Source of the DNA: Bacilli bacterium
GTDB lineage: Bacteria; Bacillota_I; Bacilli_A; RF39; UBA660
Length of the DNA: 64,000 bases
Direction of reading: 5' to 3'
Assembly (NCBI GenBank): GCA_900772415.1
Contig: CAAHEC010000058.1
Coordinates: 4,762-68,761 of the forward strand
In this document: positions 20,663 through 33,575 of the stretch, piece by piece
Numbering within the stretch: the stretch's first letter is position 1
Layout of the letters: every line of letters begins with the position of its first letter
Translations under genes and position numbers: made by a program
Notes under the pieces: generated by a model
What the model saw: the letters and a program-made list of their open reading frames with translations, nothing else
What the model was told of the DNA's origin: nothing
Databases searched by the model: none

Positions 20663-21094
20663 ATGACAAATGATGAATTAGAAAAGATAGCGATAGAATA
20701 TTTAAATAACAATATATCAATCAAAGATTTAGCAGCTTCCCATGGAATTTCTAAAACTACGTTAATTAGATGTTTTAATGGAGAAACAAATGGTGTACAT
20801 CTAAATATGGAGTTACAAACACAAATAGATGAAGAAAGAAAAAAAAGATTTTTAAGTTCTAAGTCCACTATGGGAAATAAGGAGAAGTTTGCTATTTCTC
20901 AAGAAGAAATCATTTTGCTAGCTAACTATTACATTCAAAATGATGATGTTAATTTGGAAGCCATTTCAAATTTAAAAAAAGTTTCCAAAGCAACTATATA
21001 TAATAGTTTTACTCCTCATAATTTAGGCGAAGACTTATATAATGCTGTTTTAGAAAAGTACAAACTAAATCATAAAAATGCATTTAAAAGATAA
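20663..21094 (+). CDS. Small protein with two helix-turn-helix-like segments
   Basis: ISIKDLAASHGISKTTLIRCF and NLKKVSKATIYNSF. Inserted between lepA and hemW. Confidence 0.45.
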   Translation: MTNDELEKIAIEYLNNNISIKDLAASHGISKTTLIRCFNGETNGVHLNMELQTQIDEERKKRFLSSKSTMGNKEKFAISQEEIILLANYYIQNDDVNLEAISNLKKVSKATIYNSFTPHNLGEDLYNAVLEKYKLNHKNAFKR

Positions 21095-21096
21095 TC

Positions 21097-22197
21097 ATGG
21101 TTAAAAGTTGCTACATACATATTCCTTTTTGTAAGAGTATATGCTCATATTGTGACTTTTGTAAAAATTATTATAATGAATTAATTGTTTCACAATATTT
21201 GAATAACCTAGAAAAAGAAATAAAGATAAATTATAAAAGAGAAGTGTTAAACACATTATATATAGGCGGAGGAACTCCTAGTGGACTTTCTTATAATAAC
21301 TTAAATAAACTTTTTAATATTTTTAAAATATTTAAACTAAATAATAATTATGAATATACGTTTGAATGTAATTATGAGGATATAAATGAAGATTTGCTTG
21401 TTATTTTAAAAAATAACGGAGTAAATAGAATAAGTATAGGAATTCAAACCTTTAATGAAAAGTTCTCTAAAGTGTTAAATAGGAAAATAGATAAAAAGGA
21501 AATGTTAAAGAAGATAAATTTAACAAAAAAATTTTTTTCTAATATAAATATTGATTTAATGTATGCTATACCAGGAGAAGGGATAAGAGAATTAAAAAAA
21601 GACTTAGAAATAATTAAAATGCTTAATGTATCCCATATTAGTACGTATGCTCTTATTTTAGAGAAACATACTAATATTAAATTAACTAATGAAAAAGAAG
21701 TAAGTGATAGTACACAAAATCAAATGTATTACACAATAGTAAATTTTTTAAAAAAACTTGGCTATAAACATTACGAAATAAGTAACTTTTCAAAAGAAGG
21801 ATATGAATCAAAACATAATTTAGCTTATTGGAATAATATTAATTACTATGGTTTTGGAGCAGGTGCATCAGGTTTTTTAGGTAAAAAAAGATATGATAAT
21901 ACAAAAAGTATTTTTAATTATAATAAGGGGATAACAAAGATATATGAGGAATATATGAAAAAGAGTAAGCTGATTAAAGATGAAATTATGCTTGGCCTTA
22001 GAAAAATTGAGGGTATTAATGTTTTAAATTTTGAAAAAAAATATCATTTGCATATAAATGAAATCTTTGACGTTTCTTATTTGATAAATAATAAATTTCT
22101 TATTTTTAAGAATAACTATTTATTTATACCAGAAAAATATTTATTTGTTTCAAATGAAATTATTTTAAAATTGCTTGATACTTATATCTTGAACTAA
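21097..22197 (+). CDS. hemW: Radical SAM heme chaperone HemW (HemN-like)
   Basis: CKSICSYCDFC (CxxxCxxC), GGGTPS. lepA-hemW-hrcA synteny. Confidence 0.9.
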   Translation: MVKSCYIHIPFCKSICSYCDFCKNYYNELIVSQYLNNLEKEIKINYKREVLNTLYIGGGTPSGLSYNNLNKLFNIFKIFKLNNNYEYTFECNYEDINEDLLVILKNNGVNRISIGIQTFNEKFSKVLNRKIDKKEMLKKINLTKKFFSNINIDLMYAIPGEGIRELKKDLEIIKMLNVSHISTYALILEKHTNIKLTNEKEVSDSTQNQMYYTIVNFLKKLGYKHYEISNFSKEGYESKHNLAYWNNINYYGFGAGASGFLGKKRYDNTKSIFNYNKGITKIYEEYMKKSKLIKDEIMLGLRKIEGINVLNFEKKYHLHINEIFDVSYLINNKFLIFKNNYLFIPEKYLFVSNEIILKLLDTYILN

Positions 22198-22242
22198 ATA
22201 AAAAAATAATGTATAATACTAACTATAATACGGAGGTGCATA

Positions 22243-22620
22243 ATGGATCAAAATACTAATTTGGGACAAGAAGAAGTTATAGAAGAGTTAAATGTAAACT
22301 CTGATATAAAAGAAGAAAAAGAACATGATATAATTGACGATAATGAAGATGAAAAAGTAAAAGAAGATATTCCAACGAGTTTAGTTGATGAAAAAGAAAA
22401 TGATAATATATCAACTAATGATATGGATAATGAAGAAAAAGATAAAGAAAATAGTTTAGATTCTGCTAATGATTATGAAACCGTAAATGAAAGTATAAGT
22501 GAAAAAAAGAAAAATAAGACTCCAATAATTATATTACTATCAATTCTTTTACTTTTAGATTTAGCTGCTCTAGTTATATATATTATAGGTATTGATAAGG
22601 TGGTTAGTTTTATAAAATAA
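22243..22620 (+). CDS. Acidic protein with a C-terminal TM anchor (unknown function)
   Basis: 125 aa. D/E-rich N-terminal 90 aa, then PIIILLSILLLLDLAALVIYIIGI. Confidence 0.45.
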   Translation: MDQNTNLGQEEVIEELNVNSDIKEEKEHDIIDDNEDEKVKEDIPTSLVDEKENDNISTNDMDNEEKDKENSLDSANDYETVNESISEKKKNKTPIIILLSILLLLDLAALVIYIIGIDKVVSFIK

Positions 22621-22646
22621 TCAAGCTTTTTGCTTGATTTTTTTTT
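22621..22646 (+). terminator. Intrinsic terminator
   Basis: tcaagc (22621-22626) / gcttga (22632-22637) followed by T9. Confidence 0.7.
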
Positions 22647-22680
22647 GAATTTTAAAGAACACAAAAAATTTTAAAAAATA

Positions 22681-22707
22681 TTAGCACTCATGTATTGACA
22701 TTGCTAA
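22681..22707 (+). promoter_or_regulatory. CIRCE operator (HrcA binding site), degenerate right arm
   Basis: ttagcactc-N9-cattgctaa compared with consensus TTAGCACTC-N9-GAGTGCTAA. Left arm 9/9, right arm 6/9. Overlaps the promoter. Confidence 0.7.
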
Positions 22708-22723
22708 AATTACATATTATAAT
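22695..22723 (+). promoter_or_regulatory. SigA-type promoter of the hrcA-grpE-dnaK operon
   Basis: ttgaca (22695-22700), 17-nt spacer, tataat (22718-22723). Confidence 0.8.
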
Positions 22724-22755
22724 ACTGTTAGACTACAAAAAAGAAGGTGATTTAT

Positions 22756-23745
22756 TTGCTGAACGAAAGAAAAAAAGAGCTTCTTAAACTTATAGTAGAG
22801 GAATATATTAAATCCGCAACGCCTATTGGTTCTAGTGGACTATGTGACAGACTTAAATGTTCATCTGCAACTATAAGAAACGAAATGGCGTCTTTAGAAG
22901 ATATGGGATACTTAGAAAAAACTCATACGTCATCTGGTAGGGTTCCTAGTGAAAAAGGATATCGTTATTATGTAGATAATTTAATGGTATCTAATAAGAT
23001 GACTGATGAAGAGGTTCTAAAGCTTCAAACCATCTTTGATAATAAACAGTTAGTATTATCCGATGTTATTACAAGAAGTATGGAAATTATATCAGAAATA
23101 ACCAATTGTACATCAGTAGTATTAGGATCATCATCTAAAGACAACAAATTAAAAGAAGTTGATGCTGTTCCTTTTAGTGATAACAAAGTAATTGCTATTG
23201 TTATAACGGATAAAGGACATGTTGAGCATAAAGAACTTAACGTGGATGGAGATGTATCACCTAATGAAGTAAAAAAAGTAGTTGAATTAATTAATAAACT
23301 TCTTATTGGAACACCACTTGATGAGGTTTCATCTAAACTGGAATTTGAGATAAAACCAATAATTGGAAATTATGTTAAATATCATGAATCTTTATATCAA
23401 GCTTTTTATAACGCATTTAATGAGTTTTCCTATAAAAGTCATATGCATATGACTGGTAGGACTAAATTACTTGATTATAGAGAATTTGATGATATTTCAA
23501 AAGTAAAAGAATTATTAAATAAGTTTGATGATGATAACATGATAAAGAAAATAGAAGCTGATGATAAGGATATAAACGTATACATTGGCCATGAAAGTAA
23601 TTTTGATGATGATGTATCTATTATCAAAACAAAATATGCTGTTAATGGAGCTGAGGGTACGATTGCAATAGTAGGACCAAAGAGAATGGACTATGAGAAG
23701 GTTGTATCATTACTTGACTTTATAAAACATAACATAGAAAGGTAG
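22756..23745 (+). CDS. hrcA: Heat-inducible transcription repressor HrcA
   Basis: SSATIRNEMASLEDMGYLEKTHTSSGRVPSEKGYRYYVD. A TTG start at 22756 gives the canonical MLNERKKELL N-terminus (RBS gaaggtg). The ORF track gives GTG 22747. Confidence 0.9.
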   Translation: MLNERKKELLKLIVEEYIKSATPIGSSGLCDRLKCSSATIRNEMASLEDMGYLEKTHTSSGRVPSEKGYRYYVDNLMVSNKMTDEEVLKLQTIFDNKQLVLSDVITRSMEIISEITNCTSVVLGSSSKDNKLKEVDAVPFSDNKVIAIVITDKGHVEHKELNVDGDVSPNEVKKVVELINKLLIGTPLDEVSSKLEFEIKPIIGNYVKYHESLYQAFYNAFNEFSYKSHMHMTGRTKLLDYREFDDISKVKELLNKFDDDNMIKKIEADDKDINVYIGHESNFDDDVSIIKTKYAVNGAEGTIAIVGPKRMDYEKVVSLLDFIKHNIER

Positions 23746-23748
23746 ATT

Positions 23749-24300
23749 ATGAACGCAAACGAAGACGATAAGAAAATGAAGAACGAAAAAAAACATAAAA
23801 AAGAAGATAAAGAAATACAAGAAGCAAAAGAAAAGGTTGAACTTACTAATGAAGAAGTAATAGCTATGAATAAGAAGTTATCTGATGCTGAAGAAAAGTA
23901 CTTAAGATGTCAAGCTGATTTAATTAATTATCGTAAAAGAAAAGATGAAGAAACGGAAAAAATGTTAAGGTACGCAAACGAAGGATTAATTCTTGAAATT
24001 TTACCTATTTTAGATAATTTTGAAAGAGCAACTAATATGAATGAAAACGTAAACATAGAAACAAAAAACTTCATAAATGGGATGAACATGGTTCATCAGG
24101 CCCTAGTTTCAGCTTTAAAAAAGTATGGTGTTAGTGAAATAGAATGTTTAGGTAAGAAGTTTGATCCTACTTTAGAGCAAGCCGTTATGACTGCCGAAGA
24201 AAAGGATAAAGAAAGTGATATAGTTTTAGAAGTATATCAAAAAGGGTATATGTTAAAAGAAAAAATAATTAGACCAGCGATGGTTAAAGTAAATAAATAA
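23749..24300 (+). CDS. grpE: Nucleotide exchange factor GrpE
   Basis: Position between hrcA and dnaK. RCQADLINYRKRKDEE...ILPILDNFERA pattern. Confidence 0.9.
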   Translation: MNANEDDKKMKNEKKHKKEDKEIQEAKEKVELTNEEVIAMNKKLSDAEEKYLRCQADLINYRKRKDEETEKMLRYANEGLILEILPILDNFERATNMNENVNIETKNFINGMNMVHQALVSALKKYGVSEIECLGKKFDPTLEQAVMTAEEKDKESDIVLEVYQKGYMLKEKIIRPAMVKVNK

Positions 24301-26136
<1,836 letters not shown>

Positions 26137-26150
26137 TAAATAATAGTAGT

Positions 26151-26179
26151 AAAGTTCTAGCAGATAAAGCTAGAACTTT
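26151..26179 (+). terminator. Hairpin after dnaK (attenuator or weak terminator, no T-run)
   Basis: 11-bp stem aaagttctagc (26151-26161) / gctagaacttt (26169-26179). Confidence 0.35.
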
Positions 26180-26203
26180 ATGCTTAAATAAAAAGGAGAG
26201 TCT

Positions 26204-28006
26204 ATGGCTAAAGAAGAAAAATTAAGAAGTGAGATTGAAGATAAGTATAAATGGGATTTATCAAAAATATATAAAGATGAAAAAGAGTGGCAAAAGGATT
26301 TTGATGATGCAAAAGAAGAAATATTAAAAGCTACTTCATATAAGAATAGCTTTCTAATTAATGGTAAAAAGCTTTATGAATATTTAAAATATGATGAAGT
26401 AGTATCAAGAAAATTAGAAAAAATATACTATTATGCACATTTAAATCATGATGCTGATACTTTAAATGAAAAATATAAAATAATGACAAATAAGGTTTCT
26501 GATTTATTTACTAAATATAATGAACTATCTTCTTTTGTTGTTCCTGAAATATTAAAGTTGGATGAAAAAAAGTTAGCTTCATTTTATGAGGATGAAAAAA
26601 AGTTAGAAGATTATAGATTTAGTATTGAAAATATATATAGATTTAAAAATCATACTTTAGATGAAGAAAAGGAAAAGATGTTATCAAATCTTTCAAAGTG
26701 CTTATCTAATCCAGAAGAAACTTATGAAGCATTAACGGATTCTGATTTTGAATATGATTATATTACTGATGAAAAAGGTAATAAAGTTAAGTTTAATGAA
26801 AGTAATTACTCATTATTTATAAAATCAAAAGATAGAAACGTACGAAAAAAAGCTTTTGAGATGCTTCATAATAAGTATAAGAAATACATAAGAACAATAA
26901 CATCTACTTATAAGGGTGAGGTAGAAACTAACGTTGTATTAGCTAAAATAAGAAATTATGATAGTGCGATTAGCGCCTCTTTATATTCCGATAACGTATC
27001 ACAAGATATTTATAACAACTTAATAAAAGTTGTTAATGATAATATGGACGTGTTATACAAATACTATGATTTAAAAAAGGAAATACTTTCTCTTGATCGC
27101 CTTCACATGTATGATACTTATGTTGAAATAATAAATAAGGTAAGTAAAAAGTATACATTTGATGAAGCAAAAGAAATAGTAATGGAAGCATTAAGCGTTT
27201 TAGGAGATAAATACATAAAAAACTTAAAGAAAGCCTTTGATGAAAAATGGATAGATATTTATCATAGCAAGGGTAAGAGATCAGGAGCATATTCATCAGG
27301 TAATTTTGATGTTAATCCATACGTTTTATTAAACTTTGAAGGAACGCTAGATGATGTATCAACGCTGGCCCATGAACTTGGACACTCTATGCATACATAC
27401 TTATCTTGCAAAAATAACCCATATCAATATTCGTCATATGAGATATTTGTAGCAGAAGTTGCATCTACCGTTAACGAGCTTTTACTTGCAAATTATATGC
27501 TTAAAAGCTCTAAGAATAAAGAAGAAAAACTAGCTATTATAAATCATATTTTAGATTTATATAAAGCAACTTTATATAGGCAAACAATGTTTGCAGAATT
27601 TGAAAAAGAAACTCATAAATTAAGAGAAAAAGGAGAAGTTTTAACTAGTGATTTATTATCAAATATGTATTATGACTTAGTTAAAAAATACTTTGGACCT
27701 AATGTTTTATGTGACGACTTAATCAGGTATGAATGGGCTAGGATACCACATTTTTATTACAACTTTTACGTGTATAAATACGCAACTGGAATATCAGCAG
27801 CAAGTTATATTGTAGATGGTATATTAAACAATAGAGAAGGTGCACTTGAAAACTACATAAACTTCTTAAAAACAGGAGGCTCTATGTATCCTTTAGATGA
27901 ATTAAAAATAGCGGGCGTCGATTTAAATAGCAAAACCGTTGTTTTATCAGCCATTAAGACTTTTGAGAGATATTTAAAGGAATTTAAAGACATATATAAT
28001 AGTTAG
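26204..28006 (+). CDS. pepF: Oligoendopeptidase F (M3B metallopeptidase)
   Basis: HELGHSMH zinc motif. 600 aa, with M3B-typical N-terminal and C-terminal regions. Confidence 0.85.
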   Translation: MAKEEKLRSEIEDKYKWDLSKIYKDEKEWQKDFDDAKEEILKATSYKNSFLINGKKLYEYLKYDEVVSRKLEKIYYYAHLNHDADTLNEKYKIMTNKVSDLFTKYNELSSFVVPEILKLDEKKLASFYEDEKKLEDYRFSIENIYRFKNHTLDEEKEKMLSNLSKCLSNPEETYEALTDSDFEYDYITDEKGNKVKFNESNYSLFIKSKDRNVRKKAFEMLHNKYKKYIRTITSTYKGEVETNVVLAKIRNYDSAISASLYSDNVSQDIYNNLIKVVNDNMDVLYKYYDLKKEILSLDRLHMYDTYVEIINKVSKKYTFDEAKEIVMEALSVLGDKYIKNLKKAFDEKWIDIYHSKGKRSGAYSSGNFDVNPYVLLNFEGTLDDVSTLAHELGHSMHTYLSCKNNPYQYSSYEIFVAEVASTVNELLLANYMLKSSKNKEEKLAIINHILDLYKATLYRQTMFAEFEKETHKLREKGEVLTSDLLSNMYYDLVKKYFGPNVLCDDLIRYEWARIPHFYYNFYVYKYATGISAASYIVDGILNNREGALENYINFLKTGGSMYPLDELKIAGVDLNSKTVVLSAIKTFERYLKEFKDIYNS

Positions 28007-28020
28007 GAGGTATAAGAAGA

Positions 28021-29160
28021 ATGAAGAAAGACTATTATGAGGTACTTGGTGTTTCTAAATCAGCTTCTGATGCCGAAATTAAAAGCGCGTTTAGAAAGTT
28101 AGCTAAGAAATATCATCCAGATGTTTCTAAGGAAAAAGACGCAGCAGAAAAATTCAAGGAAGTACAAGAAGCATACTCAGTATTATCAGATAAAGAAAAA
28201 AGAGATAAATATGATAGGTTTGGTCATGCCGCTTTTGATCAAAACGGAGGCTTTAAAGGAGCTAGTGGGTTCTCTGGATTCGAAGACTTTGATGCATCAG
28301 ATATATTTAAAGATATATTTGGAGCAGGCTTTGGCTTTGGAGGAGATTCATCATTCTTTGGAGGCGGAAGAACATCAAATGCCACAAGAAAAACAAAGGG
28401 TCCAGATATTAACGTAATATTTGAGATGGATTTTATAGAGGCAGCGTTTGGAACTTCTACAACGGTTTCATTAAACATTGATGATAAATGTCCAGACTGT
28501 GATGGAAAAGGTGGAACTGGCATTAAGACTTGTCCAGATTGTAAAGGAACGGGATATATAAAAGAACAACAAAGAAGTATTTTAGGAGCATTTATTACGC
28601 AAAGACCTTGTCCTACTTGCGGTGGGGCAGGAGAAACGTACACAAATAAATGTACAACTTGCCGCGGAACAGGTAAAAAGAAAGTTAAGAAAAACATCAT
28701 AGTAAACGTTCCAGCAGGAGTTGATACCGGTGACCACTTAAGAGTAGCAGGTAAAGGTCCAGCAGGAGAAAATGGTGGTCCAGCAGGAGACGTTTATATT
28801 GAAATAAAAGTAAAAGAACATCCAATATTTAAAAGAGATGATAATGATTTATTCGTAACTTTGCCACTTACTATTACAGAAGCAGCCTTAGGATGTAAAA
28901 AAGAGGTTCCAATCCTTGATGGTAACGTAATATTAACGGTTCCTCAGGGCAGTCAATCAGGAGAAAGACAAAGGTTAAAGGGAAAAGGACTTAAATCTCC
29001 TTCAAGACGTGGTACTGGAGATTTATACGTTATATTAAAAGTTATAACTCCAACCAAGTTAGATAGAAAACAAAAGAAATTATTAGAAGAATTAGCTCAA
29101 ACTGATTTAAAAACTTCTGATTTTTCTACTTTTGATAAATTTGTTAAGAAAAATGGATAG
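28021..29160 (+). CDS. dnaJ: Molecular chaperone DnaJ
   Basis: J domain with HPD (KKYHPDV), G/F-rich region, four CxxCxGxG zinc motifs. Confidence 0.95.
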   Translation: MKKDYYEVLGVSKSASDAEIKSAFRKLAKKYHPDVSKEKDAAEKFKEVQEAYSVLSDKEKRDKYDRFGHAAFDQNGGFKGASGFSGFEDFDASDIFKDIFGAGFGFGGDSSFFGGGRTSNATRKTKGPDINVIFEMDFIEAAFGTSTTVSLNIDDKCPDCDGKGGTGIKTCPDCKGTGYIKEQQRSILGAFITQRPCPTCGGAGETYTNKCTTCRGTGKKKVKKNIIVNVPAGVDTGDHLRVAGKGPAGENGGPAGDVYIEIKVKEHPIFKRDDNDLFVTLPLTITEAALGCKKEVPILDGNVILTVPQGSQSGERQRLKGKGLKSPSRRGTGDLYVILKVITPTKLDRKQKKLLEELAQTDLKTSDFSTFDKFVKKNG

Positions 29161-29181
29161 TAATGTACTATCCATTTTATT
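29151..29181 (+). terminator. Hairpin overlapping the dnaJ stop
   Basis: 11-bp stem aaatggatagt (29151-29161) / actatccattt (29167-29177), then ta. Confidence 0.5.
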
Positions 29182-29231
29182 TGACTTATTTCTAAACAAA
29201 TGGTATTATACCTTGAAAAAGGTGATATAGT

Positions 29232-30884
29232 ATGAGTTTAAATGAAAAGTATTTAGATAAAATTGATAAATTTATAAGTAATAATAGCACGAAAAATCCA
29301 TATTTATTTTTATTTAGTTTATGTAATAACATAGATATGTTAAAGATAGATAATATAAGCTATTACACAGAATATTTATTAAAAAATAAAAAAGTGAATA
29401 GTTTATTAGAAGAACTTACGGTTGATTATAAAATAGATGTAACTAATGTTTCAGAACGGTATAAAACAAGTTCTGTTTTATTATTGTTGGAATCGTATTG
29501 TAGTAATAATGACATTGAGTTGATTAATAAAGAAGTAGAAAAACAAATAGATATTCAATTAGATGATTCATTTAAAATGTATTTAAAAGAAATAGGGCAA
29601 ATTCCATTATTAAATGCTGCAGAAGAAAAAGAATTATTTGATAGATTAAGATGTGGTGATTTTGCTGTAAAAAATAAAATAATAGAATCTAATTTGAGAT
29701 TAGTGGTTTCTATTGTTAAAATGTATATAGGAAAAGGTTTACCGATTAATGATTTAGTTCAAGAAGGTAATTTAGGATTAATGAAAGCCGTGGATAAATA
29801 TGATATTACTTTAGGCTTTAAATTTTCAACTTACGCCACATGGTGGATAAGGCAGTCGATAACTCGCGCTATTGCAAATCAAGGAAGAACGATTAGAATA
29901 CCAGTACACAAAAACGAGAAATTAAATAAATACAAAAAAAATGTGTCTAATTTAACTTTTGAGTTGGGTAGAATTCCAACAGATTCTGAGGTTCTTGAAC
30001 GTTTAAATGGTATTAGTAAAGATGAACTAGAGGAATTAAAATTTTTAGATAATGATATAATATCTCTTGAACTGCCTCTTGGAGAAGAAGATTTTACTCT
30101 TAAAGATGTAATAGAAGATTGTTCTAACGAAAAAACAGAGGATTATGTTTTAAATAAATTAACTAAAAAAGAATTGATTAGATGTTTGAATGGTCTAGAA
30201 GAAAGAGAAAGAGATATTATATTGTTAAGATTTGGCTTTTTAGGTGAACCTCAAAAATTAGAACAAATTGGTGCAAAATACAAAATAACAAGAGAAAGAG
30301 TAAGGCAAATTGAATCCAGGGCTTTAAGAAAGTTAAAAATTGCAAACGAAAAATCATCAACAATAAATAAACAAAATTTATTTAATGTAGATCACAAATT
30401 ATTAATTGAATTCCAAAATTGCAATAATTTAAAAAAATTTGAAAAAAACTCTGATATTGTAAAATTTAGCAATGGAAGTTCTATGAGCTTTTGGTTTTAT
30501 AAAAATGTATTGCCCTCTATAAATAGTTATTCATTTTTAAGTACTATTAATAAGCAATATGTAAAATATTTAGCAATAAAAGATAAAGAAGAAAATAAAA
30601 TTTTAATTGATGATGAAGTAAAATTAAATGATGACTTTTATAGGCAGTTTAAAACCTCAAAGAATATTGTTAATAAAATTATAAACTCTAACTTTTGCAG
30701 TAAAGAAATTGAACTTATAATAAAGTTGAACTCTAATGATAATATATATAATGTGCAGGCTGATGAGTGCGTCACATATGAATATTTGGTATCAAGAATT
30801 AAATTTTTTGTAGATAATTATTTTAGATTAAAATATACTGATTTTGAAAATAGAAATACCAAACAAAAGAAAATGATAAAATAA
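29232..30884 (+). CDS. RpoD/SigA-like sigma-70 factor with a non-canonical N-terminus and a ~190-aa C-terminal extension
   Basis: Region 1.2 FKMYLKEIGQIPLL. Region 2 DLVQEGNLGLMKAVDKYD...FSTYATWWIRQSITRAI. Region 4.2 KITRERVRQIESRALRKLK ends near aa 360 of 550. Confidence 0.8.
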   Translation: MSLNEKYLDKIDKFISNNSTKNPYLFLFSLCNNIDMLKIDNISYYTEYLLKNKKVNSLLEELTVDYKIDVTNVSERYKTSSVLLLLESYCSNNDIELINKEVEKQIDIQLDDSFKMYLKEIGQIPLLNAAEEKELFDRLRCGDFAVKNKIIESNLRLVVSIVKMYIGKGLPINDLVQEGNLGLMKAVDKYDITLGFKFSTYATWWIRQSITRAIANQGRTIRIPVHKNEKLNKYKKNVSNLTFELGRIPTDSEVLERLNGISKDELEELKFLDNDIISLELPLGEEDFTLKDVIEDCSNEKTEDYVLNKLTKKELIRCLNGLEERERDIILLRFGFLGEPQKLEQIGAKYKITRERVRQIESRALRKLKIANEKSSTINKQNLFNVDHKLLIEFQNCNNLKKFEKNSDIVKFSNGSSMSFWFYKNVLPSINSYSFLSTINKQYVKYLAIKDKEENKILIDDEVKLNDDFYRQFKTSKNIVNKIINSNFCSKEIELIIKLNSNDNIYNVQADECVTYEYLVSRIKFFVDNYFRLKYTDFENRNTKQKKMIK

Positions 30885-30911
30885 AAAGATAATTGAAGTT
30901 ATCTTTTTTTA
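30884..30911 (+). terminator. Intrinsic terminator
   Basis: aaaagataa (30884-30892) / ttatctttt (30899-30907) plus a T-run. Confidence 0.7.
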
Positions 30912-30961
30912 TTTGTGAAAAAAAATGGTATAATAATAAATATAAAAGTAGGTGAAAAATC

Positions 30962-33271
30962 ATGAAACAAATTGTTGGATTAACATCAAGTGAGGTAGAA
31001 AAAAGAAAAAATAAAGGTCTTATTAATTATGACACAACAACTCCTAGTAAGAGTATAAAGCAAATAATATTTGAAAATGCTTTTACATTATTTAATTTTA
31101 TTAATATCATATTAGCAGTTTTGATTATTTTAGTTGGTTCATATAGAAACTTACTTTTTTTAGGTGTTGTATTATGTAACACTTTAATAAGTTCAATTCA
31201 AGAAATAAGAGCTAAAAAAACAGTTGACAAACTATCCATTATTGCATCAAGTAAAGCAAAAGTAATAAGAGATGGTATAAAAAAAGAAATACATATTAAT
31301 GAAGTTGTTATAGATGATGTTATTATGTATGAGCTAGGAAATCAAATTATAGCGGATTCAAGAATCATAGAGGGAAGTTGTGAAGTTAATGAATCGTTTA
31401 TAACGGGAGAGGCAAAAACTATATATAAAAAAGAAGGTGATGTACTTTTATCTGGGAGCTTTATAGTAAGTGGAATGGTGTACTCAAAAGTCATTCATGT
31501 CGGGATAGATAATTATACGTCTGTTATTTCTCATGACGCTAAGATAATGAATAAAGAAATAAATTCCCAAATAATGAAATCTTTAAATAAAATAGTAAAA
31601 TATATTTCTGTAGCCTTAATTCCTATAGGAATATTACTTTTGTTAAAACAATTCTCTCTTCCTTCAAATTCTACTCAAAACGCGGTTGTTTCCGTAGTTG
31701 CTGCTTTAATAGGAATGATTCCAGAAGGTCTTATATTACTTGTATCAACGGTTCTTGCTATTAGTGTTTTGAAACTCTCTAAATATAATGTTTTGGTTCA
31801 AGATCTATATTCTATAGAAACACTTGCTAGAGTAGATACTTTGTGTTTAGATAAAACAGGTACGATAACTGAAGGAAAAATGCATGTTTATGATGTTGTT
31901 TTAGCAGGTAATCATAAAATGGACGAGATAGATTCTGCAATGGAAGCTATATCTACCAATTTAAATGATAATAACCCTACGTTTATTGCTATAAATGAAA
32001 AATATGGAAATAATTCACCTTTAAAAGCTATTAAAACCATTCCTTTTTCTTCAGAAAAAAAATGTTCTTCAGTTATTTTTGATGATTACAGTATAACTAT
32101 TGGAGCTCCTGAGTTTATTTTGCAAGAAAATGAAAATAAATACAAAGATCAAATTAATGAATTATCAAAGGAAAATAGAGTTTTAGCACTTATAAAAACT
32201 GTAAATAAAAAAATAGATGTTTTAGGTTTCATTTTAATAAGAGATAAAATAAAAGCTGATGCTCAAAGTACATTAGATTTTTTTATGAATAACGATGTTG
32301 AATTAAAAATCATATCTGGGGATAATCCCAATACTGTGGCATCGGTTGCAAAATCCGTTGGTATAAAAATCAAGGGCGTATATGATACAAGAAATATCAG
32401 TGAAACAACTGATATTAATAGTGTTGTTGAGGAAAATAATATATTTGGTCGTGTAAAACCAGAAGAAAAAAGGCTTTTAATTAGAGCCTTAAAAAGTAAT
32501 GGACATGTTGTTGCAATGACAGGTGATGGCGTAAACGATGTTTTAGCTTTAAAGGAATCGGACTGTGGAATTGCAATGAATTCCTTATCTGATGCTGCAA
32601 GAAATGTTTCAGAATTGGTATTATTAGATTCAAACTTTGAAGCAATGCCTAAAATTGTAAAAGAAGGAAGACAAGCTATAAATAATATTGAAAGATCAGC
32701 AACACTATTTTTATCTAAGACAATTTATGCTTCTCTTTTAGCAATATTATTCCTATTTGTTAATTATAAGTACCCATTTTGGCCTATACAGATGACTTTA
32801 ATTAATAGTCTAACAATTGGTATTCCTGCCTTTATTTTAGCTCTTGAAAAGAATAACGAAAGAGTAAAAGGAAAATTTTTAGTAAACGTAATAAGTAAAT
32901 CTATACCAAGTGGTATTACAACAGTTATAAATATTTTGATATTAGTTTTTTTAGCCAATATATTTAATATTAGTGAAGAACAAATTTCAACTTGTGCAGT
33001 TATTATAACTGGTTATACAGCAATTCTTTTAATATATAGAATAAGTAAACCTCTTAATTTACTTCGCAAAATTTTGCTATTTTCCTTGATCACCATATTT
33101 TCTTTAGCACTTATAACACCAATCGGAAGAGAAGTCTTTTATCTCGAAATTTTAAGTCCTAATTCCTTATTGATTCTTTTACCTCTTATGTATTTATCAA
33201 CTAGATTATTTGTATTTTTAAGTAGAATTTTAAATATAATAATAAAGAGAAAAGCAAGTTGGTTTATATAA
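30962..33271 (+). CDS. Cation-translocating P-type ATPase (P2-like, HAD-IC family)
   Basis: DKTGTIT phosphorylation site, MIPEGL in TM4, TGDGVNDVLALK hinge, multiple TM helices. 769 aa. Confidence 0.85.
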   Translation: MKQIVGLTSSEVEKRKNKGLINYDTTTPSKSIKQIIFENAFTLFNFINIILAVLIILVGSYRNLLFLGVVLCNTLISSIQEIRAKKTVDKLSIIASSKAKVIRDGIKKEIHINEVVIDDVIMYELGNQIIADSRIIEGSCEVNESFITGEAKTIYKKEGDVLLSGSFIVSGMVYSKVIHVGIDNYTSVISHDAKIMNKEINSQIMKSLNKIVKYISVALIPIGILLLLKQFSLPSNSTQNAVVSVVAALIGMIPEGLILLVSTVLAISVLKLSKYNVLVQDLYSIETLARVDTLCLDKTGTITEGKMHVYDVVLAGNHKMDEIDSAMEAISTNLNDNNPTFIAINEKYGNNSPLKAIKTIPFSSEKKCSSVIFDDYSITIGAPEFILQENENKYKDQINELSKENRVLALIKTVNKKIDVLGFILIRDKIKADAQSTLDFFMNNDVELKIISGDNPNTVASVAKSVGIKIKGVYDTRNISETTDINSVVEENNIFGRVKPEEKRLLIRALKSNGHVVAMTGDGVNDVLALKESDCGIAMNSLSDAARNVSELVLLDSNFEAMPKIVKEGRQAINNIERSATLFLSKTIYASLLAILFLFVNYKYPFWPIQMTLINSLTIGIPAFILALEKNNERVKGKFLVNVISKSIPSGITTVINILILVFLANIFNISEEQISTCAVIITGYTAILLIYRISKPLNLLRKILLFSLITIFSLALITPIGREVFYLEILSPNSLLILLPLMYLSTRLFVFLSRILNIIIKRKASWFI

Positions 33272-33292
33272 TTAAGTAAATGTATTTAATGA

Positions 33293-33322
33293 TTTGAAAT
33301 AAAATAAATAATGTGTTATAAT
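33293..33322 (+). promoter_or_regulatory. Promoter of the metG leader (extended -10)
   Basis: ttgaaa (33293-33298), 18-nt spacer, tgt-tataat (33314-33322). Confidence 0.6.
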
Positions 33323-33334
33323 TTACTTGTTTTA

Positions 33335-33557
33335 AAGGCAATGAAGGAAAGAAAAAGGTAAAACTATTAATAAGAGAGTGCATAAATGGTGAAAGTGCGT
33401 AATAGATAATAACTATATAAATGGTTCTGGAGCTTTTTAACTGAATAATTAGGTTAAAGCGGTAGCTACGTTATAGCATAAGAGCATATATATTTATATA
33501 TGAATTAAGGTGGTACCGCGGTTATCAAATCGTCCTTTATTAAAGGATGATTTTTTA
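33335..33557 (+). promoter_or_regulatory. T-box leader (tRNA-Met responsive) with terminator
   Basis: AGAGA plus ggtg elements (33372-33392). Candidate specifier AUG at 33421-33423. T-box aaggtggtaccgcg (33507-33520) with bulge tggU matching A73. Terminator atcgtccttta / taaaggatgat plus T6 (33529-33556). Confidence 0.85.
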
Positions 33558-33575
33558 TTTTGAAAGGAGATTATT

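Noticed and set aside
28121-28700. Two ORFs (28121-28417 on plus, 28239-28700 on minus) overlap dnaJ.
   Set aside because: They lie entirely within the well-supported dnaJ frame and have low-complexity, compositionally biased translations. They are shadow ORFs.
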